DNA of 64,000 nt from NCBI GenBank assembly GCA_964016885.1, contig OZ024766.1:1612001-1676000 (forward strand), written 5' to 3'. The DNA is from Eledone cirrhosa (lineage: Eukaryota). The position numbers and the translations under genes are program-made. Shown here one piece after another: positions 25,684 through 40,551 of the stretch (position 1 is its first letter; each line of letters starts with the position of its first letter). Below the pieces are notes generated by a model that was not told the DNA's origin, searched no databases, and worked only from the letters and a program-made list of their open reading frames with translations.

Positions 25684-25963
25684 CTGGAAAAGAAGAAGAA
25701 GAAACAGATTACAGGTGAGAATTATAACAGAGGTAAAAATATAGGGTTTCCATGGAAATATTTACAGTTAAATTACGTTATAATAAAACTCATGGGGTAT
25801 AAAAAATTTTGTTGTAACGAAAAATTCTTTATAATGAGATCGACAAACAAATTAAGGGTTTGTTTGTTATTACCTGAGGAATTGAATAAAATTATGTTAT
25901 AATGGATTTTGACCCCTTTCTCTCTGTCTGTATGTGTCTGTGTCTGTCTGTCTGTATGTCTGC

Positions 25964-26051
<88 letters not shown>

Positions 26052-27266
26052 CTAAAACTCTGCGATTGCTTGTTTGTTTGTCTGTAATGTAATACAGCCA
26101 AAAGGGCTCATAATGGGGAAAATACTTTGAAAGGAAGTTGCCCCTGAAATGGGAATACAAATGGAATAAAACAAGTTTCAGATAAATCGGAGCACGGGTT
26201 CCCAGGATATGGGGTTTATCTGGGTACCCTCATAAACAGAGAGAAAGAGATAGTGATTGTGAGGGAGTAGATTGAAAAATACTCAGAGAGAGAGAATATT
26301 TATACACACACACATACACACACACACACATTTATACACACACACACATTTATACACACACACATTTATACACACACACATTTATACACACACACACATT
26401 TATACACATACACATACATTTATACACACACACACACATTTATACACACACACATTTATACACACGCACATATTTATACACACATTTATACACACACACA
26501 TTTATACACACACACACACATTTATACACATACACATACATTTATACACACACACACACATTTATACACACACACATTTATACACACGCACATATTTATA
26601 CACACACACATTTATACACACACACATTTATACACACACACACACATTTATACACATACACATACACACACATTTATACACATACACACACATTTATACA
26701 CATACACATACATTTATACACACACACATTTATACACACGCACATATTTATACACACATACACACATACACACACACACATATATATATATGGACTTTCC
26801 AATTCCACTTTACATTATACACATGTCTGTGTCAGTGGTGAAGGGTAACCTGGAAAGCAGGGCAAGCAGTCCAATCGCCATGGCAGAAAGTGGGGCTGTG
26901 CAGCCTTACCCCCCCCCCGCCCCCACCCCTCCCCAATTCCCTCTAAATGACCCTCCCCGTCAAAGCTGAGTGTAATGTTATCTAGTGTGTATGTGTGTGT
27001 GAGTGTGTGAGTGTGTGTGTGTGTTATATTTTTATGTGACTACGATTTAGTAAACAGCCAAAATTCTGCTTCATCTGACGCAATTGAACAACTCAAGGTT
27101 CTACAATGCATGCACTGCCTGCGTTGCATGCATGCACCCTTCGCCCCTGGTCTGTGTATATTTTAATTATTTAAAACATGATTTTTTTTCAAGTGAATAT
27201 GTCCCAACAGGTCACTGGGGTCTCGTGTGTGTGTGGGAGTGTGGGAGTGAAGGAATGATAAATTAA

Positions 27267-27306
<40 letters not shown>

Positions 27307-27359
27307 TAAACACACACACACACACACAAATAAACACACACATACATACACAAATACAG

Positions 27360-27545
27360 AGAAAATGGTGAAGGTTGACAGCAAGGTAAGGGTGTTTAAG
27401 AAGGGGGTTGTAAAAGTCCCCCCACCTGCTGGTTCCATTTCAACAGATTATATTCATCAAAGGTCATCTATTGAAATGGAACCAGCAGGAGGGGACTTTA
27501 GCAACCCCCTTCTTAAACACTTACCTTGCTGTCAACCTTCACCAT

Positions 27546-27550
<5 letters not shown>
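27360..27550. repeat. Long inverted repeat, about 87-bp arms and 17-nt loop, extended by (CA)n/(TG)n
   Basis: AGAAAATGGTGAAGGTTGACAGCAAGGTAAG...CTTACCTTGCTGTCAACCTTCACCATTTTCT. Confidence 0.95.
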
Positions 27551-27615
<65 letters not shown>

Positions 27616-27825
27616 TGTGTGCGTGTCTGTGTGTGTGTGTGCCTGTATGCTTTTGTTCCTTTAAATCTACATCAACACTCCTTTACTCCCACACTCATTA
27701 ATGAAGATTTTACCTAAGAGTTCAACAATACTACATAATCCGGTGATGTTGTGAGCTTCATCTTTGCCGAAACAAGTTTTATATAATATACAAATATTAC
27801 ATTAATCAATTTTTTTATATATATA

Positions 27826-28460
27826 GCCTGCATGCGAAGCCTGCATGCTCCGATGGATGTGTAATAGTAATATACGCGACCGACAAAGCATAAATGAATT
27901 GAGAGAGAGACTGAGCATAAGAGGAATCAAATGCTGTGTGCAGGAGAGGTGGTTGCGTTGGTATGGACATGTGATGCGTATGAAGGATGATAGCTGCATA
28001 AAAAGGTGCAGAGCACTAGAAGTCAATGGAAACCGCGGAGTGGGGAGACCCAAGATGACCTGGGATGAGGTGATAAGAGCCGACCTTACCCAACTACACC
28101 TCTCCAAGACGATGACACACGACCGTGACCTCCCATGAGTACCCGACCTCCCATGGGTACAAGCTGAAGCATATAGACAATAAGCCCCCGCCCCCCACCT
28201 CAAGGTGGTCGTGGGGGTGCCACGGCAAAAAAGCACCCAGCCCACACTGTAAAGTGGACGTGTAGGCGCCACGAAAAAGCACCCAGCACTCACTGTAAAT
28301 GAGGTTGGTGTTAGGAAGGGCATCCAGCTGTAGAGATCAAGCCAGAATCAGTTCCTGTATGAGCAAGGCATTGTCAGCCAACCAGACACTGCCCACAACA
28401 GGACAACCCGTCTAACCCATGCTAGCGTGGAAGAACAGACGTAAAACGGTGATGATGATA
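27826..28460 (+). mobile_element. RTE LINE (second family) 3' end with composite UTR
   Basis: MLRWMCNSNIRDRQS...LRWYGHVMRM...; UTR contains the SINE A central block and ends CCCATGCTAGCGTGGAAGAACAGACGTAAAACGGTGATGATG. Confidence 0.92.
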
Positions 28461-28928
28461 TATATATATTCACATGCAAACATATATGTATATACATACA
28501 TTTGTATTTGTGTGTGTATACATAAACACACTCACAAATATATATATGCATATACATACAGTAACAAAAGGATATATATATATAATATACATACATGTGT
28601 GTGTATATATATATACACACACCAAATATATATATATACACACACACCAAATATATATATATACACACATACACACACCATATACATATATATATATATA
28701 TATAATATATATACATTTATATACGCGCACACACACACAAATATATATATATAAAATATATATACATATATATAGACAAAGACACAAAATTTCATATATA
28801 TATATATATATAAATATATATACATATATATATATAATATATATAGACACACACAAATAAATATATATATATATACATTTATATACACACACACAAATAT
28901 ATATATATATATACATTTATACACACAC

Positions 28929-28970
<42 letters not shown>

Positions 28971-28990
28971 TTATATACACACACACACAA

Positions 28991-29021
<31 letters not shown>

Positions 29022-29182
29022 CATATATATATCAGTAGCAGTGGTGTTACCAAACTGCTATCTAGCAGCTATTTGTAGCTATTTGGCAGCTGAACTATAA
29101 ATTCTACCCAAACAGAATAAACACTGTCTTGTTCTATTTTACATCAGAGCTAACCTATTATATAGATAGCAGATAACATAGT

Positions 29183-29635
29183 ATCATCATCATCATCATC
29201 ATCATCTTCGTTTAACGTCCATCTTCCACGCTAGCATGGGTTAGACGGGAGTTGTCCCACTTGAGGCAAGTTTGGTCGGGTGACCGTGTCTCGCTCATAT
29301 AGGACTATCTGGCAGGTTTTCTACGGCTGGATGCCCTTCCTAACACCAACCACATTTACAGTGTGGACTGGGAACTTTTTATCGTGTTACCTACACGACC
29401 ACATTACAGTGTGGACTGGGTGCTTTTTGTTGTGTCACCTACTTGACCACTTTACAGTGTGGACTGGGAACCTTTTACCGGGTTACCTACACGACCACAT
29501 TACAGTGTGGACTGGGTGCTTTTTGTTGTGACACCTACATGACCACATTACAGTGTGGACTGGGTGCTTTTTGTTGTGTCACCTACACGACCACATTACA
29601 GTGTGGACTGGGTGCTTTTTGTTGTGTCACCTACA
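29183..29635 (-). mobile_element. SINE-A-related 3' fragment continuing into a 48-bp minisatellite (about 6 copies)
   Basis: GCTGGATGCCCTTCCTAACACCAAC followed by repeats of ACGACCACATTACAGTGTGGACTGGGTGCTTTTTGTTGTGTCACCTAC. Confidence 0.85.
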
Positions 29636-29782
29636 TAAACCCACTACTGTGAAAATACAACAGTATATATAATGTAAATGTTATGCGAGGTATTATGTGT
29701 GTGCTGGTGTCTATATACAGACATATATATATATACACACCAACACATATACACACACACACACATCTATATATATATATAT

Positions 29783-29813
<31 letters not shown>

Positions 29814-30215
29814 CACACCAACACTAACACACACACACACACACCAACACTAACACACACACACCAACACTAACACACACACACACCAAAACTAACACAC
29901 ACACATATATATATATATATATACAGTATATATATATAGAACCACCAACATGTATTATAGCAAAGTAAAATCCTCAGCTCTCCACTCTTATCAGCAGTAA
30001 TTTGCTCAGTTATCTCCCCCTCTTGATAGTCTTAATGCTATGTTGTTAAATATTAATTTTACTACATTAATCTCCTGTGTTGGGAGATAAAAAAACAGCA
30101 ACGACTACATACCTACACATAGTGACACACAGTAACACACACAGCTACGCAGTAACACACACAGCTACACAGTAACACACACAGCTACACAGTGTTTGGT
30201 GAGAGAATTTCTGTG

Positions 30216-30553
30216 TGGAGGCACATGGCTTAGTGGTTAGAGCATTGACCTTGCAATCGAAAGGTTGTGAGTTCAATTCTCAGACCGGGTGATGTTTCCT
30301 TGAGCAAGACACTTTATTTCACATTGCTCCAGTTTACTCAGCTGTAGAAATGAGATGATAGGGACTGGGGTCCCTATCATTCCACTGCAAAGTGGTCGTG
30401 GAGGTGCCACGGCAAAAAAGCACCCAGCACTCACTGTAAATGAGGTTGGTGTTAGGAAGGGCATCCAGCTGTAGAGATCAAGCCAGAATCAGTTCCCGTC
30501 CCACCCTTGCAAGCAGGGAAAAGTGGACGTAAAATGAAATGATGATGATGATG
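30216..30553 (+). mobile_element. SINE family A, full length
   Basis: TGGAGGCACATGGCTTAGTGG head through the (ATG)n tail. Confidence 0.93.
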
Positions 30554-30809
30554 AGGTGTGTGTGTGTGAGAGAGAAAGGGTGTTTGTGACTGTGTGGTGT
30601 GACTGTGTGGTGTGTGTGTATGTGTTTGTGTGTGTGTACGTATGTGTGTGTGGTCAGCGTTCGTGGTTGAACAAAAGTATATGAAAGTGTATGTATGTAT
30701 ATATGTATGTGTATATATGTATCTATGTATGTATGTGTATGTATATATGTATGTATGTACATATGTATGTATGTATATATATATATATCTATCTATCTGT
30801 GTGTATATA

Positions 30810-30850
<41 letters not shown>

Positions 30851-31168
30851 GTATATATGTATGTATATATGCATATAAATGTGAGTGTGTGTATATGTAT
30901 ATTTATACTATATAATAAGAATGTATATGTATATATATATCAGCATGTGTATATAGTATATATATATATATATACGATATATGTATATATATAAATATAT
31001 ATACATACATATATATATATATACACATGATATATGTATGTATATATAGCTATGATGTAACAAAAGAAAAGGGCGGTAAAACTTCAGGTGGGGGGGGGGT
31101 AAGGAATGGGAGACACACCCACCTAAACATACCCTACACCTGTCCCCATCACAATCTCTCCCCTTCTG

Positions 31169-31749
<581 letters not shown>

Positions 31750-32096
31750 CTCTCCAACCATGACCACACAAGATCAATAAATGATTGTTGTGTCAGGAGT
31801 TCCCAGTGGAAGGAAGCTGCAGTGGAGGAAGACCTGGGTGTAAGAGGAATCAGATGTAGCGTGTAGGAGAGAAGACTGCACTGGTGTCGACATGTGCTGT
31901 GTATCGATGGTGATTGTTGGGTGAAGAATTACCAGGAGTTCCTAGGAGGCCCAGATCGACTGTGAAGTTAGGTCCATAACTTCTATGGCTCACCCTGAGC
32001 CAATCCACTGTGAAACACGTGTAAGAAGTCGATACACAATAAATATTTTGTATATCTAAATGAAACTTCCTCTTTTTTCTAAAATATACACTGTCT

Positions 32097-32523
32097 GCCT
32101 CAGGGGTCACACGTGTTTTTTGAGGGCCTCACACAACTAATTGCGCACTGAGGGTCCCCTAAAGGCCTCAGGGGTCACACGTGTTGTCTGAGGGCCTCAC
32201 ACAACTAATTGCGCACTGAGGGTCCCCTAAAGGCCTCAGGGGTCACACGTGTTGTCTGAGGGCCTCACACAACTAATTGCGCACTGAGGGTCCCCTAAAG
32301 GCCTCAGGGGTCACACGTGTTGTCTGAGGGCCTCACACAACTAATTGCGCACTGAGGGTCCCCTAAAGGCCTCAGGGGTCACACGTGTTGTCTGAGGGCC
32401 TCACACAACTAATTGCGCACAGTACAACTAATATTTTTTTCATTTTATATTACGTTCGCACTGTAAACACCTTTTTGTGGGCAGCAGGTGTGCTTGTAAA
32501 GGACCGCGTGTTTGTCATGCCTG
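32097..32523 (+). mobile_element. Partial hAT MITE copy carrying a 68-bp tandem repeat (about 4.7 copies)
   Basis: 3' end GTTTGTCATGCCTG and body match 45600-45725; period 68 (32101, 32169). Confidence 0.8.
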
Positions 32524-32547
32524 ATCTACACACACATATATATATAG

Positions 32548-32726
32548 GTAGACCACGAAAAACATGGGCGGAGGTGGTGAGAACAGACCTCAGATCATTG
32601 AAGCTCACGGTGGAGATGACGAGGGACCGTGACGAGTGGAGAGATGCTGTGCTGAATAAGACCCGTCCCACCCTTGCAAGCAGGGAAAAGCGGACGTAAA
32701 ATGATGATGATGATGATGATGATGAT
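32548..32726 (+). mobile_element. RTE LINE 3' terminus
   Basis: GRPRKTWAEVVRTDLRSLKL...[11 protein letters not shown] followed by (ATG)n. Confidence 0.92.
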
Positions 32727-32734
32727 ATAAAAAC

Positions 32735-33039
32735 CCTGCGAGAGTCAAGTCTGTTGGTTCGAGGGGCACAACTATTCAACTCCATTCCGGTACATGTCAG
32801 AAATCTATCAGGATGCAGTGTGGAATCATTCAAATTGCAGCTGGATAGATACTTAAGCACCATTAGAGATGAACCCCATCTCCCAGGATATACACAACGA
32901 GCACAAACTGACTCAAACTCGCTCCTACACATGTCAAAATTAAACAGAGAATCCAACCTGGCAACCACACCAGACTCTGGAGTCTTCGACTTGGCCTGAG
33001 CATGGACTCAAACTCAAATGAAATGAAATGAAATGAAAT
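32735..33039 (+). mobile_element. CR1/L2-group LINE 3' terminus
   Basis: RESSLLVRGAQLFNSIPVHVRNL...FKLQLDRYLSTIRDEP..NSLL with an (AAATG)n tail. Confidence 0.8.
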
Positions 33040-33043
33040 ATAT

Positions 33044-33130
33044 ATATTGTTATACTTTGGGAGGGTCATGTTGCCAATAAGAAACACACGCACCAGTTGG
33101 CAACATGACCCTCCCAAAGTATAACAATAT
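33044..33130. mobile_element. 87-bp mini-MITE with perfect 34-bp TIRs
   Basis: ATATTGTTATACTTTGGGAGGGTCATGTTGCCAA and its exact reverse complement, 19-nt spacer; terminus closely similar to that of 14360-14880. Confidence 0.85.
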
Positions 33131-33184
33131 CGGTTTCAACACACGATTTCAGATAAAGAATCTTGCTAAACAAATTCAGAAACG

Positions 33185-33223
<39 letters not shown>

Positions 33224-33534
33224 TATTAGATAGCTAACAAGCTTGAAACTAGTACAGCGTTCCTTTGTCAGTGTTGAACAAACGAGCAACAATGGTTGCT
33301 AGACACTACGGTTTAATACGGGATGTTTGTTTACAAACACACCGAGCATTATAATAAATATTCGGTGAATCCATACGTACATATATATATGTGTGTGCAT
33401 ATATGTATATATATATATATATATACATACTACTGTACGTCTGTATACATATATGTATGTACGTGTACATACTTATATTTAAGTAACAGCCGTACTAAGA
33501 GTGGGAAATGAAATTTTGTTTCATTTTTTCTGTA

Positions 33535-33566
<32 letters not shown>

Positions 33567-33575
33567 CACATATAT

Positions 33576-33776
33576 ATATAAAACGAAAAATCGGTGATGT
33601 ATCTGAACTCAGTGAGAGAACTTGCTCCGAAATCATTAGATGTGTCCGAGGAACCTGCGGCTCCAGAATCAGACAGATCCACACAGTGATTGCGTCTCAA
33701 GCTATCCGCCGGCGAAACAATTGTAACACACAATAAATTGAGTTCAGATACATCTCACTGATTTTTCGTTTTATAT
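33576..33776. repeat. Segment bounded by about 37-bp inverted repeats (Penelope-like or MITE)
   Basis: ATATAAAACGAAAAATCGGTGATGTATCTGAACTCA ... TGAGTTCAGATACATCTCACTGATTTTTCGTTTTATAT. Confidence 0.75.
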
Positions 33777-33854
33777 TATATCATACTCTGCTCTGTAAGA
33801 ACATAGAGTGCTCAACCGGCATACCGCCTATGGAAGTATCATAGCTACCATCAG

Positions 33855-33890
<36 letters not shown>

Positions 33891-33891
<1 letters not shown>

Positions 33892-34080
33892 AGTTTTAAT
33901 ATAGATGAGATTCTACAGGACTAGAACTGTTTCATTCCTTAGAAATCATCAGGATTCTTGATGATTTCTAAAGAATGAAACAGTTCTAGTCCTGTAGAAT
34001 CTCATCTATATTAAAACTTTTATACTCTGCAATGTATTGAGTACCTTACTTACTGTGGTTATCTCCGATTCAACCCGGAA
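33891..34080. mobile_element. Penelope-like terminal-repeat fragment with a near-perfect palindrome (33891-34019, about 63-bp arms)
   Basis: Arms carry (C/T)TGATGA..GAAACAGTTCTAGTC; continues into the ATGTATTGAGTAC family sequence; embedded in (TA)n. Confidence 0.65.
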
Positions 34081-34089
34081 TAACATACC

Positions 34090-34124
<35 letters not shown>

Positions 34125-34177
34125 GGTAAGGATTTTGATATATGTAGAAATAAGTATTTGAGGAAGGATCATAGTGA

Positions 34178-34212
<35 letters not shown>

Positions 34213-34624
34213 TGCACATATATATATATATATATACATGCTTTTACAAGTTGCAGTCATTAGTGGTATATATTTTAGACATATTTGATGAAATTCTCAC
34301 CAGTTTCTATTTACCAAATTTTTCTCACAAAACATACATATACACACGCACATATATATATATACATATATATACATATATATATACACTGATGCAAACA
34401 CACAGATATATACACATATATATATATACATATATACACTGATGAAAACACACACACACACACATATATATATATACATATATACACTGATGAAAACACA
34501 CACACACACACAAATATATATATATATATATATATATACTTACATACATATCTATACTTACTCATACACATACACCTATATATGTATACATACATACATA
34601 GACACAGATATACATGCATTCACA

Positions 34625-34669
<45 letters not shown>

Positions 34670-34742
34670 AGAGAGAGAGAGAGAGAGAAAGACACACAGA
34701 CACATATACACTCACACGTGCATGTATGTATATATATATATG

Positions 34743-34773
<31 letters not shown>

Positions 34774-34793
34774 ACATATTTACACTAACACAC

Positions 34794-34907
<114 letters not shown>

Positions 34908-35756
34908 ATATTTTAATTAAAAAATTTGAAAAAGAATCCAAACACCACCCCCACCACCACCCCAGTCACTCTCATCTCATCTTCACCTCCTCCACCACCT
35001 CCACCACCACCACCACCACCACCACCACCTCCTCCTCCACCACCATCATCATCATCATCATGGCTATGCTAGTAACACCATATAGGGTAATATAAGCCAG
35101 GAGAAGGAAATGTGGGATGTTGTTTGGGAAAGGGGGTGGAAACAGGCATGTATATATGTGTGTATATATGTGTGTGTGTATATATATATATGTGTGTGTG
35201 TATCTATGTGTGTGTGTATATATATGTGTGTGTATGTATATATATGTGTATATATATGTCTGTATATATATGTGTATATATATATGTGTATATATATATA
35301 TGTGTGTGTGTATATATATGTTTATTCTCTATATGTGTGTATATATATATGTGTATCTATGTGTGTGTGTATATATATGTGTGTATATATGTGTGTGTGT
35401 ATATATATGTGTGTGTGTATATATGTCTGTATATATATATATATATGTGTGTACATATATGTGTATGTATATATATGTGTGTGTACATATATATATATGT
35501 GTGTATATATTTATATGTATATATATATATGTGTATGTATATATTTGTGTATGTATATATATAACCCATGCTAGCGTGGAAAACAAAGATGATGATGATG
35601 ATGATGATATATATATATATATATACAGTACATGTATATGTATGTGTGTGTGTGTATATATTTATACTACACGTGTCATATACACTTACACACACACATA
35701 CATATGTATATATATATATAAATATATAAATATATATATTTATACATATACATGTA

Positions 35757-35820
<64 letters not shown>

Positions 35821-35928
35821 ATATGTGTATATATAGTCATGTATAACACGTTTTTATGAGTATTATATGAAAAAAACGTGGTAATTCGTAAAAAGGAAGA
35901 GCCAAGAATATGAGTATATATATACATA

Positions 35929-35979
<51 letters not shown>

Positions 35980-36222
35980 CATAGTGTGTGTGTGTATATC
36001 AATATATATAGTGTGTTTGTGAGTATATATATATACATACACAAACACATTCATATATATATATATACATATACACACACACATATATATATATATTCAC
36101 ATACACACATATGTATATATATAGGTGTGTATATATGAATATGCGTATATAAATATCTACGCTTTATAATTCAGAGAGAAAGGATGACGTTTTAAGGAAA
36201 GGGAGGGACAAGGATGTAGGTT

Positions 36223-36253
<31 letters not shown>

Positions 36254-36276
36254 TGTGTATATATATATATATATAT

Positions 36277-36314
<38 letters not shown>

Positions 36315-36334
36315 GTATATATATATATATATAT

Positions 36335-36370
<36 letters not shown>

Positions 36371-36472
36371 GTATATAGTGTATATAGTTATGTATATAAG
36401 TCAGAAAGTGTGGCATGTTAGGATAATAAAGGAACGAGTGTATAGAAATGCATATAATACATATATATGTGA

Positions 36473-36539
<67 letters not shown>

Positions 36540-36542
36540 AAT

Positions 36543-36645
<103 letters not shown>

Positions 36646-36750
36646 TATATATATAGACAGTCCTATGCGAGCAAGACAATCACTCTTGCCTCAAGTGGGA
36701 CTACCCCCCCGTCCAAACCCATGCAAGCGTGGAACACGGACGTTAAACGT

Positions 36751-36845
<95 letters not shown>

Positions 36846-36949
36846 AGGCTGACTGTAAGTGTGTGGTGGTGTATGTATGTATGTATGTATGCAGGCATAT
36901 GTCTCTCTCTATATATATATCAGTTATATATATGTGTATGTATATATGC

Positions 36950-36984
<35 letters not shown>

Positions 36985-37151
36985 ACATCTGCTCTGCCCC
37001 TCCAGGGTGCCAAGGGTTGGCAGGTCTCTTATAGACCAAGTCAGTACTGAAATTTGGGGGCTACTGACCTCATATATACATATATATATATATATATATA
37101 CATACATATATATATATATACATACATATATATATATATACATACATACAT

Positions 37152-37311
<160 letters not shown>

Positions 37312-37332
37312 CATACACATATATATATATAC

Positions 37333-37367
<35 letters not shown>

Positions 37368-37385
37368 CATATATATGTATATATA

Positions 37386-37479
<94 letters not shown>

Positions 37480-37639
37480 TATATTTCAAGAGTCTAAGCT
37501 TGTATAATCAAGACCCTGCCTCACCCAGCCTACTTCTATCCCCTATCCCGACCCTAGTCCTGAAAGGGGGGGGGGGGGGGGTAATGGCGGCTGGGGTTTA
37601 TAAGTGTTCTCACCTAGCCCCATATAACCAGTCTACAAG

Positions 37640-37671
<32 letters not shown>

Positions 37672-38095
37672 CACATATATATATATATACACACAAACAC
37701 ACCTTCAGTCCGCATATACATACATATATATAGGGGTGTGGGGTGGGGGAGGGAGATTTAGTGGGCGTGTGGGGGCAGGGGTAGCTATCTGCCTCCACCA
37801 CCACCACCTCACCAGCAAGGTAAGATAGTAGATGGCGTGGGGGAGACGTGTGGGGGGCTGTGGTTGGGGTGGGGGATGTGGTTGGGGTGGGGCCGTGTGG
37901 GTGGGGTGGAAGGCTGTGTGGGTGGGAGGATGTGTGGGGTGGGAGGCTGTGTGGGTGGGAGGTTGTGTGGGGTGGGAGGCTGTGTGGGTGGGTGGGCAGC
38001 TATCTTAGACAAGAAAGACAATGGCAGTAAGTATGTGAGGGAGTGTGTGACCAATTACATATATACATATATATATATACATATATACACACACG

Positions 38096-38169
<74 letters not shown>

Positions 38170-38246
38170 CACAGATATATATATACATATATACATATTT
38201 ATACACACATACACACACGTATATATATATACACACACACACACAG

Positions 38247-38343
<97 letters not shown>

Positions 38344-38387
38344 GATATATATATACATATATACATATTTATACACACATACACACG

Positions 38388-38499
<112 letters not shown>

Positions 38500-38566
38500 G
38501 ATATATATATACATATATACATATTTATACACACATACACACGTATATATATATACACACACACAG

Positions 38567-38631
<65 letters not shown>

Positions 38632-38634
38632 GAC

Positions 38635-38710
<76 letters not shown>

Positions 38711-38904
38711 TATTAGGGTTAACATTGATGCAATTCAATTCAAGCACTCAACGTACTTTCCCACAAAGGAGTGACGGAGTAAATATCGAATAACGAAAAG
38801 CGAAGTAGTTTCAGATGTTCAAAAACCCAAAAGCACGAACTTCATCCGTTCCCATGTCGATCCAATTTGGATTGCCTCGGAAACATAACCTTATTATGTA
38901 ACAA

Positions 38905-38978
38905 GCTGTCTGATGATGTCACGACACTCGCACACAGAACAGTGTGGCCAGTGTCGTCATTGAAATGTATATCACAGC
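38905..38978 (+). ncRNA. Type I hammerhead ribozyme (subfamily 2)
   Basis: gctgt-CTGATGA-[acgacact..cacac/gtgtg..agtgtcgt]-GAAA-tgtata-TC-acagc. Confidence 0.72.
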
Positions 38979-38989
38979 ATTATTATTAA

Positions 38990-39187
38990 GGGCGGTGGAT
39001 TGGCAGTATCGGTAGAGGGTCGGACGCCATGCTTTGACGTATAGAGTTATGGCCCTTGCCATTCTGAGTTCAAATCCCGCCGAGGTTGACTTTGCCTTTC
39101 ATCCTTACGGGGTCGATAAAATAAAGTACTAGTAATGCACTGGGGGTAATTGCTGGCCTTGTGCCTAAAGTAGAAACAATTATTATT
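38990..39187 (+). mobile_element. SINE family B, full length
   Basis: GGCGGTGGATTGGCAGTATCGG head, B box GAGTTCAAATCC, core, (ATT)n end. Confidence 0.92.
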
Positions 39188-39276
39188 AAAGGACTTGAAA
39201 ACATCTGAAACTACTTCGCTTTTCCTTATTCTATATATATATATATCATCATTTTACGTCCGCTTTTAAAATGATG

Positions 39277-39311
<35 letters not shown>

Positions 39312-39519
39312 TATATATACACATATATACATATTTATACATACATACACACACGTATATATATACACACACACACATATATATATACATATATACATAT
39401 TTATACACATACACACACGTATATATATACACACACACACATAAATATATATATATATATACACACACACATATATATATACATATATACATATTTATAC
39501 ACACACACACACACACACG

Positions 39520-39569
<50 letters not shown>

Positions 39570-39610
39570 CAATATTAAATAAATGGAAACTATATTTATA
39601 AAACCATATT

Positions 39611-39676
39611 TATTTCATTATATATATTTCGGGGATATCATATTAACAATATGCTATGCCTTCCTCAGACAAAATA
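39611..39676 (-). ncRNA. Type I hammerhead ribozyme (subfamily 1)
   Basis: tattttgt-CTGAGGA-[14-position hairpin, 11 pairs]-GAAA-tatata-TA-atgaaata. Confidence 0.72.
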
Positions 39677-39915
39677 CAATATAAACAGTTTTATAGATAA
39701 ATAGATTCGACATACCGTTATAACACCGACTTCCATTTGAAGAGGTTTAAGCTGGCAGTCCATATTTATACACACATACACACACGTATATATATACACA
39801 CACACACACATATATATATACACACACACACACATATATATATACACACACACACACATATATATATACACACACACACACACATATATATACACACACA
39901 CACACACATATATAT

Positions 39916-40044
<129 letters not shown>

Positions 40045-40137
40045 TATATATATATACACACACATATGTATACATATATGTAAACAAGGAGTTAACTACA
40101 TTTAGAACCAAGAGGACTTACTGTAAACCAAAGTTTT

Positions 40138-40551
40138 ATTAAACCGGCCATATCCGGCCAGAAATATCTCACCTCTTTCAGTTCAAACCAACCATAACTG
40201 GCCACTCATACTGATGTTAAGGTATTGTTCTCAAAATAAATAATATCAATATATCATAGCTTTGTTATTATATGAGTTAAAGCCTTTACTGTGAAAATAC
40301 AATAGTATATATAGAGTAATGTAAATGTTATGTGAGATATTATGTGAGGTAAAGCCTTTACTGTGACAATACAATAGTATATATAGAGTAATGTAAATGT
40401 TATGTGAGATATTATGTGAGGTAAAGCCTTTACTGTGAAAATACAATAGTAAATATAGAGTAATGTAAATGTTATGTGAGATATTATGTGAGGTAAAGTC
40501 TTTACTGTGAAAATACAATAGTATATATAGAGTAATGTAAATGGTAAAGGG
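40138..40551 (+). mobile_element. piggyBac-like MITE with about 4 copies of the 72-bp unit
   Basis: Body matches 1336-1543; ends AATGGTAAAGGG-TTAA (40552-40555). Confidence 0.88.

Noticed and set aside
25865-25895. Additional minus-strand CAG|GTAATA junction
   Set aside because: Weaker donor and pyrimidine tract than the 6962/25683 sites; insufficient alone.
36981-37065. Plus-strand acceptor with CTAAC branch point (AG at 37004-37005), and isolated plus-strand donors at about 16688 and 18322
   Set aside because: No matching partner site or recognisable peptide; isolated splice-like motifs are expected by chance in 64 kb.
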